A stretch of DNA of 64,000 nucleotides from Eledone cirrhosa. Lineage: Eukaryota. Positions within the stretch are counted from its first letter, which is position 1, and the number at the start of each line of letters is the position of its first letter. Of the stretch, positions 10,647 through 26,985 are shown piece after piece. Made by a program: the position numbers and the translations under genes. The notes under the pieces were generated by a model that worked only from the letters and a program-made list of their open reading frames with translations, was not told the DNA's origin and made no database searches. The stretch lies in contig OZ024743.1 in the NCBI GenBank assembly GCA_964016885.1, positions 353,524,001 to 353,588,000 of the forward strand, in the 5' to 3' direction.

Positions 10647-11381
10647 CAATATGTTGAAAAGGTAACACACTAGAGAGAGATAGTGAGCCATCAAACTAAA
10701 CAGGGAAAAACCACCAGTGTATGGAATCTATAAACCTATGAAAGGCAGAGTAGACACACGATAATTAAAAGTATAAATTAAAGTGTAAATACGTACCTCT
10801 ATAACTATATAACACACGTACAAATCCACAGAGATCTGTTTCGCCAATAAGTTGTTGACAGAAATGAATAGCCCATGGTTCATCAGCGTGTGTAAGGCTA
10901 TACATTTCAGACAACACTAAGAGAATCTAAAGCGACCGTCCAGCCACACGTGGGAGAGAGAAGTCACAGCGTGCCTAGGGCAATAATCAGTGGCCTCTGA
11001 GGGACGAGCTGCTAGAAAGAAACAGCCCAAACCCACTCAGAGAAGTGTGCTTAACCAAACAGAGAGAGAGAGGAAAGACTGTTATAAGGAGCGAAATATC
11101 AAGATAAATTAACGGAGCCATAGACTCTCGCTACTCCCTGTCAGTAATGTGCTCAAAGGAGAAGGAATCCTGAGCTCTTTATAATACAATATGTTGAAAA
11201 GATAACACACTAGAGAGAGATAGTGTGCCATCAGTCAAACAGGGAAAAACCACCAGTGTATGGAATCTATAACCCATGGATACCTTTTCAACATATTGTA
11301 TTATAAAGAGCTCGGGATTCCTTCTCCCTTGAGCACATTACTGACAGGGAGTAGCGAGAGTCTATGGCTCCGTTAATTTAT

Positions 11382-11388
<7 letters not shown>
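10641..11388 (-). mobile_element. Non-coding pLTR-like element with partial tandem plus inverted end (Penelope-type architecture)
   Basis: 10641-10740 is repeated directly at 11181-11278; 11281-11388 is the reverse complement of 11097-11203; (TA)n on both sides; related subfamily at 11663-11840. Confidence 0.75.
10812..10893 (-). ncRNA. Type I hammerhead ribozyme
   Basis: Minus strand: ACACACG-CTGATGA-(A)CCA...TGG(C)-GAAA-CAGATC..GATTTG-TA-CGTGTGT. 7-bp stem I, GUA triplet, weak stem II. Confidence 0.75.
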
Positions 11389-11430
<42 letters not shown>

Positions 11431-11434
<4 letters not shown>

Positions 11435-11647
11435 AACGAGTAGGACCCCGACGGCTGAGCTCAAGCCGTTTCGACGGCTAATTCTGAACTAAAAAAAAAT
11501 TTTTTTTACTCCAGAATTAGCCGTCGAAACGGCTTGAGCTCAGCCGTCGGGGTCCTACTCGTTCCTATTACCCACTCTACTACCCTAAGTATTGAGTACT
11601 TTGGTGCGTTATGGTCCACCTGGTTCCTTACCACATTTCCTCCGTTA
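11431..11647. repeat. Family A inverted dimer of truncated ends
   Basis: 11431-11493 (-) and 11505-11647 (+) joined at an A9/T9 centre; both are truncated in the HHR stem II loop. Confidence 0.75.
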
Positions 11648-11835
11648 TATATATATATATATATCACGATAAAGTAACGGAGGCATAGGCCGTCGTTATT
11701 CCCTGTAAATAATGTGCTCAAAGGGGAAGAGATCCTGAGCCCTTTAAAATATAATATGTTGAGAAGGTAACACACCAGAGAGAGATATATAGTGCGTTAT
11801 CAATAATACAGGGATTGTGTTACCTTCTCAACATA

Positions 11836-11868
<33 letters not shown>

Positions 11869-13089
11869 CATACATACATAAATATATATGTGTGTTTGTC
11901 TATACATGTATATGTGTATACACATATATTTGTATACACATATATTTGTATACACATGTATATAATATCGAAATGTGTCCGTTGCTTTCACCAAGCTATC
12001 TTATACATAAGACTAGACTAGTCTCATTGTCCCAAATGAGTTGGTGGAGCCAAAGTTACATGAGTTCTCTCTCTTTATTGCTTCTCATTATATGAATATC
12101 CTTTGATGTCTTGGTTAGTTGAGGTTTGTCTCCAAGATTCTGTTCGTATACACACTCACACAAACGTACACACTCACATTAACACACACGCACAGACACA
12201 TACACACACATAAAAAATATGACACTATATTTGTACGCGTTTGGTTTATAATACACATGTGTAAAACATCTAAATTAAGATAAACAAAAAATTATAAATG
12301 AAATACAGTAGATTTACAGATGTGTCAAACATTTAGCAAACTAAATTTTAATATAATGGTTTAGATCAATGTTAAAATAAAGAGGAGCTGCTTCTGCAGC
12401 CCCCCCCCCAAACAGCCGTCAACCATGTGCGCGAGTGAGGAGAGCATCATCATACAAGTTGAGAGTAAACTCTTCAAGAAGCACTCAGTTCTGGATGACC
12501 TTATGTGAGATCCAAAACTGTTGAACAAAAGTATTTCAACAAATACTAAGAAGTGATCCATTTTACATTCCAGCAAAAGATTATGTATAGATATATTTCC
12601 CGTATACTAGGGAACGATGCAAGTATCAACATTTTTTACGTTCTTACAATCTATGCGACAATTATAGACGTGGTACGAATATATATATAAACACTGAGCA
12701 GCTACTACAATGATGTAATAAATACCTGTACTGACATAGAGTCAGTGAATGTTCAAAGACAGTCGTTCCCCGCAAAGAAATTTTTAAGTAAAGAACCGCT
12801 TCCACTTTAGCCTAGCATAGTGGGCCCCCAACTTTTGTTTTTAATGGGAACAACTCACATCATATCATATTATCCCTTATAGTCTTAATTCTAACTCAAA
12901 TACAGATACACATATATACACATATGCACACTCACATAAACCTCCTACACATACACATATTCACGATAAAAAAAAAAACAGCACAAAGAACAGCTTAGTA
13001 TAGACATATCCGCACAGCAAACACAAAACATCTAATTCCATTTCCAAACATTGACAAAGCATATTCAAACAGTTTACGCATGCACACTA

Positions 13090-13180
<91 letters not shown>

Positions 13181-13186
<6 letters not shown>

Positions 13187-14090
13187 AACAAGGGGAGAAG
13201 AATACTGCATGGTTGCACATGGATTACATATTATAAAATTAGTCCCTCATCAGTGATTTGCCAACCATCATTGGTATTTCATCGCATTAAAAATCAGATA
13301 CCTCAGGTTGGTGCGAGCAATAACTAAAATAACCTATTGGGACAAGTGAAACGCGTAAAGCGAGTGAGACAAGTAAACAACAGAAGGAAAAGCAAACTGA
13401 AGGTTGGGAAAACAGCAAGCAACATGATAGTTATCCGATCAGCATAATCTGGGTGAATTTCATGAGCGGTCAGAGAAGCAGACCGTACACCGTGAATGCG
13501 GTGTGAGAAAGAAGGAACCCCACTACTAGCGAACGGGAGGAAGTGAGAAGGGGAGAAAAAGAGAGTGAGTGAGTGGAAGTGCGAGGAAGAGGTCAGTCGA
13601 GAGAAAGTGTTAACTGACAGAGGGGGCGAAAGAAGGTAAGAGAAACAGACAGAACGGGGGAGCAGTAAGAGAGAAAGAGAGAAACAGATAATCGCAGTTT
13701 AGGTAAATATATATGAAAAACAAGGGGAGAAGAATACTGCGTGGTTGCACATGGATTACATATTATAAAATTAGTCCCTCATCAGTGATTTGCCAACCGT
13801 CATTGGTATTTCATCGCATTAAAAATCAGATACCTCAGGTTGGTGCGAGCAATAACTAAAATAAGCTATTGGGACAAGTGAAACGCGTAAAGCGAGTGAG
13901 ACAAGTAAACAACAGAAGGAAAAGCAAACCGAAGGTTGGGAAACAGCAAGCAACATGATAGTTATCCGATCAGCATAATCTGGGTGAATTTCATGAGCGG
14001 TGAGAAGCAGACCGTACGCCGTGAATGCGGTGTGAGAAAGAAGGAACCCCACTACTAGCGATCGGGAGGAAGTGAGAAGGGGAGAAACAG
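13181..14090. repeat. (TA)n-flanked partial tandem repeat (unit about 532 bp, 1.7 copies)
   Basis: 13181-13558 recurs near-identically at 13713-14088; no canonical HHR found. Confidence 0.8.
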
Positions 14091-14394
14091 AATATATATA
14101 TATATATATAGTCACACCCACACACCCACACATATCCTTCTCCCGCCCACACGTATAAAAACTAACACAAACAAACATATATCGGAACAACGTATACGTA
14201 TACATAATGGACATATTTATATATATACATTGAAACACAGACTAGCTCATAGGTACCTTTCTTGTCACCCTCCCCCCCCACACACACACTTAACCAAAAA
14301 GCTATTTTCTTTTACACTCACTTCCGGATATTTCACTATGGTGTGATTTGTATGTGTTGTTTCACCTCGTGTCTTTTTTCTATTCCTTTCTTTG

Positions 14395-14480
<86 letters not shown>

Positions 14481-14482
<2 letters not shown>

Positions 14483-14620
14483 ACGAAGGAAATGTGGTAA
14501 GGAACCAGGTGGACCATAACGCACCAAAGTACTCAATACTTAGGGTAGTAGAGTGGGTAATAGGAACGAGTAGGACCCCGACGGCTGAGCTCAAGCCGTT
14601 CCGACGGCTAATTCTGGACA
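14481..14620 (-). repeat. Family A truncated 3' end
   Basis: Reverse complement of 33752-33888; a further fragment lies at 14777-14840 (+). Confidence 0.8.
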
Positions 14621-14644
14621 TATACATATATATATATTCTGTAC

Positions 14645-14693
<49 letters not shown>

Positions 14694-14836
14694 TATATAT
14701 ACACACACATATATATATATATATATATACAAATACACACATACATATATACATATATATATATATACATATATACATTCAGTGCAGAATTAGCCGTCGA
14801 AACGGCTTGAGCTCAGCCGTCGGGGTCCTACTCGTT

Positions 14837-14899
<63 letters not shown>

Positions 14900-14981
14900 G
14901 TTAATCCGGGTTGAATCGGAGGTAACCACAGTAAGTAAGGTACTCAATACATAGCAGAGTATAACAGTTTTAATATAGATG

Positions 14982-15032
14982 AGATTCTACAGGACTAGAA
15001 CTGTTTCATTCTTTAGAAATCATCAGGAATCT
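14982..15032 (-). ncRNA. Type I hammerhead ribozyme (family B)
   Basis: Minus strand: AGATTC-CTGATGA-T TTC TAAA GAA T-GAAA-CAG TTCTAGTC CTG-TA-GAATCT. Confidence 0.8.
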
Positions 15033-15469
15033 GGGTATCAAAAAATAAATATGGTATTTATAGGTCTCCTCAGGTGGTAGGAGAGGGTAGGGAGTGGGAT
15101 GGGTAGAGGTCATTGGTTGATAGAAAAGGTAATTCAGTAAAGCTAATTCTTTAAAGCTATAATTTATATTTAGAGTGACAAAGGCAGAAAGAATTATATA
15201 AACAAGTTCAGAATGGGGTGCCACTCCTTATTTTTAAGTTTCTCTTAAGCTAACAATGTCTATATTTCAGGTGTCTATAAGATCGTTGAGGGTCAGTCAT
15301 GGTTGATGGATTTAAAGAAAAGAGAAATTCTTTAAAAGCTAATTCTATAAGGTTCTACTTAGAGTGACAAAGGCCTAGAGAATTCTATAGACCAGTTCAA
15401 AGTATTGAGTGCCTATCATACCATTATCTTCAAGTTTCTCTTAAGCTATATTCCAAATGTCAACAGACA

Positions 15470-17253
<1,784 letters not shown>

Positions 17254-17417
17254 TAGCCGGAATTGCGACCGATAGATAGTATTAGCAATTGGAAAGACCA
17301 ATAGAAACATTGTTTCCTCGGTCCGATTTGACGAAACTCGATCGTAAAAAAAAAAAATGTGTGTGTTATAAAGAAGAGAGACGGTTTTAAGTATTCATCC
17401 TCTGTATATTATATAAT

Positions 17418-17488
17418 CATGTTATACGCATTTCAAAGACATCAAAGTGATTGTATAATAACCCTTTGACGTGTGTTCATCAGACAGG
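17418..17488 (-). ncRNA. Type I hammerhead ribozyme, degenerate stem I
   Basis: Minus strand: TGT-CTGATGA-ACAC ACGTCAAAG...CTTTGATGT CTTT-GAAA-TGCGTA-TA-ACA. Confidence 0.55.
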
Positions 17489-17522
17489 TGTTAAGTTGTA
17501 ATATTTTTGTTAGCAGTCCCAC

Positions 17523-17639
<117 letters not shown>

Positions 17640-17724
17640 TACGTTATTCTGGGTTGAATCGGAGGTAACCACAGTAAGTAAGGTACTCAATACATAGCAG
17701 AGTATAAAAGTTTTAATATAGATG

Positions 17725-17775
17725 AAATTCTACAGGACTAGAACTGTTTCATTCTTCAGAAATCATCAGGAAACT
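17725..17775 (-). ncRNA. Type I hammerhead ribozyme (family B), left arm of fold-back
   Basis: Mirror of 17808-17858 with two stem I substitutions. Confidence 0.65.
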
Positions 17776-17807
17776 GGGTATAAAAAAATAATTATTTTTT
17801 GATACCC

Positions 17808-17858
17808 AGATTCCTGATGATTTCTGAAGAATGAAACAGTTCTAGTCCTGTAGAATCT
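17808..17858 (+). ncRNA. Type I hammerhead ribozyme (family B), right arm of fold-back
   Basis: AGATTC-CTGATGA-T TTC TGAA GAA T-GAAA-CAG TTCTAGTC CTG-TA-GAATCT; perfect 6-bp stem I, GUA triplet. Confidence 0.82.
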
Positions 17859-17886
17859 CATCTATATTTATATATATATATATATG

Positions 17887-18569
<683 letters not shown>

Positions 18570-18570
18570 G

Positions 18571-18743
<173 letters not shown>

Positions 18744-18786
18744 GTATATATATATGTATATATATATATGTATGTATGTACGTATG

Positions 18787-18819
<33 letters not shown>

Positions 18820-18942
18820 TCTTATACTGAGAGTATGAGATAGACAGCTGTTACTCACTATGAAACAATTTCTCTCTTTTACTATTTTTTCAACCTCACT
18901 CACATCTTACGTTTATATGTATGTGTGTGTGTGTCTGTGTGT

Positions 18943-19004
<62 letters not shown>

Positions 19005-19507
19005 AGAGATACTTTAAGCGTGTAATCATAAATACATACATAATATAATCATATATCGTTATTTGCAATGTCCCTAAAACTCATGTGAACGTACACCAGA
19101 AATACTCACACACATAAGCGTGTGCAAACTCGTACATACATGCACGCACATACACACATACACACACATATATATATATAAACTTTTGGGTGTGTACGTT
19201 TATGTTAATACATACATAAAAACATTCAGATATACATACATATACTTATATAAATACATGTATTTATATTTGCGTATAATCATATAGAGGCACGTGAACG
19301 CAGACCACATATGTCACATACACATACACATTCATACACGCCCATACACATATTTCCACACAAAGGTTTACAACCAATTAGTGTCTTCAAATTATCACTG
19401 ATTTATTGCTGAGTTTATCATATGTCAGCCTACACGTCTAGCAGTGAGCTGTTACAGTCGTTTCTTCAATCTTACCGCCGCTCTACAACTGCTACTGATG
19501 AATTTAC

Positions 19508-20012
19508 ACCTTCACCGCCACCACCTCCACGACGACGACGACGATCACCACCACCACCACCATCACCATCACCACCGCCACCACCACCTCCGCCACCGCC
19601 GCCGCCGCCGTCACCACTACCACCACCGCCGCCGCCACCACCATCTTCACCACCACCATCTCCACCCGCCACCACCACCATACCATCACAATCATCACCA
19701 CCACTATCACCACCACCGTCTCCACCGCCACCACCACCACCACCATCATCACCACCACTATCACCACCACCGCCACCACCGCCACCACCACCACCACCGC
19801 CGCCACCACCATCATCACCACCACTATCACCACCACCACCGCCACCACCGCCGCCGCCACCATCACCACCACCATCACCACCACCACCACTACCACCACC
19901 ACCACCACCACCACCACCACCATGATCACCACCACCATCACCATCACCACCACCACTACCACCACCACCACCACCACCACCACCACCGCAACCACCACCA
20001 CCACCATTACTA
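19508..20012. repeat. (CCA)n-type trinucleotide low-complexity tract
   Basis: Direct reading; the poly-P/H/V ORFs are artefacts. Confidence 0.9.
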
Positions 20013-20553
20013 CTTCTAACACACAGTACTACCTATACCATCGTACTCACATAGCAGTACTGATAGACATGACAACATAGCATGAAATACCCTTACATCT
20101 AACCATTACATCTAACAATTTTCAACCCGGATACCCCGACCCCATCATCGGCACAATAATTAAAGCCGCTTTTGCTATCATTTCTGCCATTGTTGCTATC
20201 ACTGTTGAAAATGTTGTTGTTGCTGTTTTGTTTTTATATTTGTTTTTACTGTTATTGTTATTGCAACTGCTGCTGCTGGTGGTGGTGGTGGTGATGTATA
20301 TGTTTTTGCATTGTCATCGTAAAATGCACTAGAATCAGAGATATTCAGTGACACGAGAGAAAGAGGGTGAAATGAGGGAGATGGTGAGATGAGAAAGAGA
20401 GAGAGAGAGAGGGTGAGAGAGAGAGAAAGAGAGAGAGAGGGAGAGACACAAAAGTGATAGATTGAGAAAACTGAAGAGAAAAAAATATGTATGTATGAAC
20501 TGTGTATAAGTCTGGGTACTTACACATACACACACATGCACACACATACGCAG

Positions 20554-20585
<32 letters not shown>

Positions 20586-20589
20586 TTAT

Positions 20590-20624
<35 letters not shown>

Positions 20625-20999
20625 AGAGGAGAATTTGTTATACAAAGCATGGAAAATTCGCAAATCAAATACCGAGCTACATATTAAAATAAATATATGG
20701 ATTTGACTTATCTCTTACTCAGAACCGTCAGATTCTAACGGGCGTCATTTCACCTCGTCAGAGAGATAATTAGGACACAGTAAAGCAGTTAATTCATAAA
20801 AATGTCCTACGCTCATTTCATCATGGCGTCGGAATCTGCCAAAGTCTTCTCTTTTCTTTTGTCAGCACCAAAGAGAACTCAACATCAAATTCAAATCGAA
20901 ATGAAATTTTAATTCAAATTTATGTGGAGCTTATATAAATCAATAAATCATATCTAACTTGCTACGTAGTTCATCACCTTTTAATCCAACATCCAAGCT

Positions 21000-21715
21000 A
21001 GTTGATGAACCGTGTGGTCTTCGCCTCGGGCGCAGCAGAGCCGACCAAATATTTACACTGCAGCAGGTCTTCGAGAAATCGTGTGAGTATTGCGAAAAGC
21101 TATATTCTTGTTTTGTAGAACTCGAAAATGCATAAGACCGCTTTCATTGGGACCTGTTGTGGAAGGTTCTGCAGGAGTATGGGATTGAGGGTCAGCTTCT
21201 TGCTGCCTTGATTTCTCTATAAATGCCCGAGTATTTGTGCTCGGATAAATGGTGCTAAATCGAAACCATTCAATGTGGGAATCGGATTCTGCCAACGGTG
21301 CGTACTGTCATCTCTCCTTTTCATCAGTGGTATCACGATTGGCTGGTGTAAAATCAGTCGGCTAGAATTTGTAGACGACATGATATTACTTAAGTTGAGA
21401 GAAAGTGATCTCCTACTTGTATTGGATAGGTTTGATGCCAAGTGCTGTATGGTTGGAATGAAAAATCAGTGCTGCGAAAATTGAGAATCTCGTCCTCTGA
21501 AGGAAGCCTGCACACTATATGTAAATGGAGCTCCACTGAAGCAAGTGGAGGAATTCAAGTATTTCGGGACGGGGTTTATGAGTAATGGAAGGCAGGACAC
21601 TGAATTAAGTGTAAGAATTGCAGGAGCTGGTGCACTAATGCGCCAGCGCTTCAGCATTTAGTAATCAGAAGGTGGGAGGTAAGTGTAAAAGTCAAACTCG
21701 CTATTTTGGTCGCTT
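21000..21715 (+). pseudogene. Decayed RTE-clade LINE reverse transcriptase fragment
   Basis: IFTLQQVFEK, LWKVLQEYGI, CVLSSLLF, FVDDMILL, LKQVEEFKYFG, ELSVRIAGA, with frameshifts. Confidence 0.8.
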
Positions 21716-21934
21716 GTAGTACGATCTGCAGTTTACCTTTTATTTAGGGGATTTTGCAGTATATTCTAATTATTAGTTTGTGATTAAGATAGATGCATGT
21801 TATGTTTTCTTTTATTTAATGTTTCATCCATTTTATACCCAGAGCCCGTTTGATTCTTAAATGCGAAATGTGAGGTTTATTTAATTTTTCTTGGTGCTGC
21901 TTCTATTGTCTTAAGGTGGCTAAATCTATTCTTG

Positions 21935-22208
21935 GTGGAAGCACCTGGCTTAATGCTAAGGGTGTTAAACTTACGATCATAATGTCGTGGGTTTGATTCC
22001 TGGGTTCCGTGTTGTGTTCTTGAGCAAAACACTTCATTTCACGTTGTTCCAGTATACTCAGATGAAAATGAGTACCAGCAATAGCTGGGGGTTTAACCCT
22101 GGCGTCCTGTCCAGGGGGAGTCTTGTACTCTCAGTCACTTCACGCCATGAAACTGGGACAAGCACCGGCCAAATGAGCCTTCTAGCTTAAGACAGATTTT
22201 AGACTTTA
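21935..22208 (+). mobile_element. tRNA-derived SINE (family 2)
   Basis: Homologous to 10380-10603; degenerate A/B boxes. Confidence 0.7.
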
Positions 22209-22849
22209 GAAATCTATTCTTATAGTGTTGCTATTTTTACGAAGTCGAATTACCACGTAGAAACACCCACGTTGACTCATGTTTTGTTATGTCATGAGGT
22301 TATCTTACATAGATGGGTAATTGTACAAGTATGTTCTTTGTAATGCAGTCCAGGAATTCACATACATACGCCCACACAAAAACACACATGCTACACATGT
22401 TATTATAAAATAAAACAAAAGTAAATACAGTATATAAATATGTTATCAACAGCTATCATGACTCTTCAACGATACACTTGTTTCAAGTTCAATGTTAACA
22501 ATAAAAACATTTATTGTATTTGAAATATTAAAATAAAATAATATTTATGTAAATCCATGAATAAATTTAGTAATTAATGATTCTAGCATAACTACCTTGT
22601 AGTTTGGTTAATTTATTTGATTGTTCTGTCAAAAGACTTTTCAATATTCTAAGCTTTAAATTGTGTCTTAAAAGAAAATTATTTGAATTCAGATTTCTGT
22701 TAAGAATCTACAGTTACATTTTCGACAGGATTCAGACATGTTTACTGTACAGATTAAAACCTCGTCTCAAATACTCCATCTTGGAAAAGTATTGTGCATA
22801 ATTTGCTCGAATGAACAGCAGCATATCATGTCTCAAATTATTGTACCAC

Positions 22850-23360
22850 TGTTGTTATTGCTTAAGACCGGGTCATCTCTGAATGAAACGGTTAAGCAAC
22901 AACCATCCCAAATGTCTTTTTCAGGACAGCATTATCCTGGATACACACCTCACACCATTTTTGAAGAGTGTGATTTGAAGGAGAATTGGCTGCTATTTAT
23001 AGAATGTTAAACAACCGTGTAGAAACTTTTACGTCGTAAAAATAGATGTTTTTATATACATTTTTTGGTCTAATATTGTACGTTGACACTTCCATAGCAG
23101 AAAACGAGACGTTCAGGATCTAGACTGGAGGTGAAACATGTCAACAATATCATACAACCCCTTCCAAATCCGGAGGTTATTTTCTGTTAGTTTCTGTTGC
23201 TGTTGTTGAGTCCCAGATCAGTTCAAATCGAGTAGACCTAAGATTTAGAGAGTACTAGCTGTATCTAAGCATTTTTCAGATACCTAGAATTACGTTATTC
23301 AATATGTCCTTTCATTTTAAAGACATTAACATGTGTATTGAGGGGAATTTGACTGCTCTA
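22850..23360 (+). repeat. Old dispersed repeat family (two fragments), unclassified
   Basis: gtgatttgaaggagaattggctgctatt and gtagacctaagat motifs recur at about 40700-41030 (-), 42045-42390 (-) and 53075-53275 (+). Confidence 0.5.
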
Positions 23361-24433
23361 TGTTGCGTAACTTTCTTAGACTAAACCAACTGAAGTACTT
23401 TTATGCTGAACAAATTATAGAGAATTAAATTTATATAAAACCTACAATCGTCACTCATAATCGAGCATAACTTGGTAGTATATGCCATGCTTTCGTTAAG
23501 GGTTTTAGGTGCTCATGCAGTCGCAAGCAGACACCCTATCACCCCCCCCACCTTTGATCCAGCGGAATATTCAGGGTGTGACAGCTGGAAGGAAAGAAGG
23601 CTGCCCCAGTACTAGGCTGGTACTTTCTTTATCGACCCCGAAAGAATGCTAGTTAAAGTGGACAGCGGTGGAATTTGAACTCAAAACGCCGAAACCTGGA
23701 AAAATATCCAAAGCTCTAATGATTCTATGGTAACGAACGGAAGCAAACACAATTAATACTAGAAACATAGTTTAAATAAAGGTTCAAACGTGTTTTCATT
23801 TGATGAAACGTATAGTTTCAGCTACCTTGGTTTTCGATTGACCGACTCATACAGTTAGGTGTGTATGTATGCTTGTGCGTGCGCGCGTGTGTGTGCACCG
23901 AGTTCATCATAATTCAATCTAAAGTGAATGGAATGAAAGGAAAGGAAAGAAGAAACGAAATATATATCTAGACCCAAAATTCTGTCTTACTGAGTCTATT
24001 TAAAGGGAAATCAGCTATGTGTAAATTAAAAGAAAAATTCAACCGAACTCATGCAAAATATATGGATAATAAATCAACTGTACTTCACAATACACATCTC
24101 AATACATCTAAAAATGAGGTATTTTTCATTGAAAATGTTTAGTAAATAATTAAGCCTTAATTAGACATATGAAAACTATGTCTATGTTAAGATAACAGAA
24201 CTGAATAGGAGAATCTCGAATATATCATAGAAAGTAGATATGTTTATATTACCTTCTTTCATGCATAATGTATAGATACATATGCATAAATAGTATATAA
24301 ATATTTATGCGTTGTAAGTAGTATACATTATATATATATATATACACTCACACATCTATATCTATATATGTATGTATGTGTGTGTGTGTGTGTGTGTGTG
24401 AGAGTATATACACACTCACACATATCTATCTAC

Positions 24434-24531
<98 letters not shown>

Positions 24532-24639
24532 TTCTCTCTCTCTCTATATTTATATATAAAAATATCTATCTATCTATATCTTTCTCTCCCTCTCTTTCTC
24601 CCCCCTCTCTCTCTATATATATCTATCTATATATATACT

Positions 24640-24820
24640 ATATTAACAAATGGAAACTATATTTATAAAACCATATCTATTTTATTATACATATTTCAAG
24701 GATACCATGTTAAATTATGGTATGCCTTCATCAGGCATACCATAATTTAACATGGTATCCTTGAAATATGTATAATAAAATAAATATGGTTTTATAAATA
24801 TAGTTTCCATTTGTTAATAT
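24640..24820. repeat. 181-bp near-perfect palindrome centred on an HHR core
   Basis: Centre TCATCAG (24728-24734). Minus strand reads CTGATGA-stem II-GAAA-TATGTA-TA-ATAAAA, but the 5' strand of stem I is replaced by the inversion. Confidence 0.75.
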
Positions 24821-24909
24821 CGTATATTTACTCCAAATACTTGTCGAGTGCTTTATATCAGTTATAAAAATATTTGCTTGTTGTATCCCAACAATTTAAA
24901 TAGAACTTT

Positions 24910-25000
<91 letters not shown>

Positions 25001-25029
25001 CATACACACATACATATATATATATATAC

Positions 25030-25112
<83 letters not shown>

Positions 25113-25141
25113 CATACACACATACATATATATATATATAC

Positions 25142-25220
<79 letters not shown>

Positions 25221-26413
25221 CACATGCATAAATACGTACATCTAAATATAATTATGTATTAGCCACACTTTTGTACACTCACACACACGTCTCATAGTCA
25301 GCCTATTTCCGATTTCATTAACTTACTTATACAAAGACATATGTCAAAAGTGTGGCTTTACCATCATTTTACCAGGCTTAGATAAAATTATGACTTAAGC
25401 CTACTTGTACGGTGACTTGGAAATACTCGTTTTGGTGCCTGAGGTCACGGTGGTCCACTAGAAGGGACAGGCCCTTGATCCATGTTAGCTGGTTAATTTA
25501 TTTGTTTGTAAACTCCAAATTATTACTTAGGCATTTACTAACGTGAAAAGCTAAAGTTTTTGAAGCAGTTGTTCATAATTATAGTCTTTCTTACTGATTT
25601 TTATGAAGGTATGTTCACATCGGCTGGGTAGTTGATCTTTATCTATGACAATATATAATTTTTATATTTTGTCCCTAACAACTATATCAAACCTGTTATG
25701 GTTGCACCTGATAGAAGTTTTGATGAGAATGTTCAAATAATGTTCCTTCTGTTAATATGTATGGCTATGTATTCAATAACAAGAGTAGTCTCTATAATTA
25801 TCCCAGGACATACTTTATTGTAGATGACATTGTATATAGTTTTAGCAACAACATCATGCCGCACAATGTAATACTATCTTGATGACATTTTTAGGAAGTT
25901 GCTGATCTCTTCCACAGAGATATGACATAATTAACATTTCCAGTTGCATCTTGGGCTTTAAAGTCTTCACTGTTCATCAGGTATTTCGTAGCTATTTCCT
26001 ACTCTTGGATTGAAAAAGCATAGACTTCCAAAAGTAATGTGATATAACGGCTAGGAACTCAAGAGAGGCTACATTTCATGTCAATGTTATCATTCCTATG
26101 TTTACGGTAATCATATCCATGCATAACTTTTTTTTAGTATGCAGATTTTCTTTACCAAATCTTTGTTAAGGTATGCTAGTTCAGAAATTCTGAAGTTGCA
26201 TAGGAGAACATCGGGAAATGTGTACTTCTTGAGAAGTTCACTACCGACACGTAGAATGTTCTCTTTGGTTAATGTATATATTTTTGCTGTCGTTATTTAT
26301 CAAATGCTATCTACGTGATACCTTTCGGACCTCACAGACCACTAAATTCATAATTTTAAATCCTGCGGACCACTAATATGGATTTGTTTAAAAAGATAAA
26401 TTCATTTGTAAAA

Positions 26414-26600
26414 TAATTGTTTCTACTTTAGGCACAAGGCCAGCAATTACCCAGTGCATTACTGGTACTTTAATTTATCGACCCCGTAAGGATGAAAGGC
26501 AAAGTCAACCTCGGCGGGATTTGAACTCAGATCGTAAAGGGACGTAACTATGCTGGAAAGCATGGCGTCTGATCCTCTACCGATACTGTCAATCCACCGT
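26414..26600 (-). mobile_element. tRNA-derived SINE (family 1)
   Basis: tggcagtatcggtagag...gagttcaaatccc head, ctttgcctttcatccttacggggtcgataaa core, agtagaaacaatt tail. About 19 copies or fragments in the window. Confidence 0.85.
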
Positions 26601-26805
26601 CATTTGTAAAATAATGATCAGAGAACTTCCATTTTATTAAATAATACTGATGAAGCGTACGTGTGTCATATTTTCGATATATATATGTAAAATTCTTTCT
26701 TGGATTTTAGTTCTTTACTGAGGAGAAATATTTTTTTTGGGGGCGGGGGGGGGGGGGGTTATAAAATCTATTTTAATCGAATATTATTTTTGTTTTATTA
26801 TTAAT

Positions 26806-26985
26806 TGTTTCTACTTTTGGCACAAGGCCAGCAATTACCCAGTGCATTACTGGTGCTTTGTTTTATCGACCCCGTAAGGATGAAAGGAAAAGTTAACCTC
26901 AGCGGGATTGAACTCAGAATGGCAAGGACCGTAACTCTATGCGTCAAAGCATGGTGTCCGACCCTCTACCGCCCGACCCTCTACC
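26806..26985 (-). mobile_element. SINE family 1, 5'-truncated, with 21-bp TSD
   Basis: TSD tatttttgttttattattaat at 26785-26805 and 26986-27006; 15-bp 5' duplication. Confidence 0.88.

Noticed and set aside
20720-20766. Minus-strand CTGACGA-GGT-GAAA hammerhead-like core
   Set aside because: No stem II, and stems I and III cannot be closed around a valid NUH.
26500-26600. tRNA-like A/B boxes
   Set aside because: SINE heads without a full cloverleaf; not tRNA genes.
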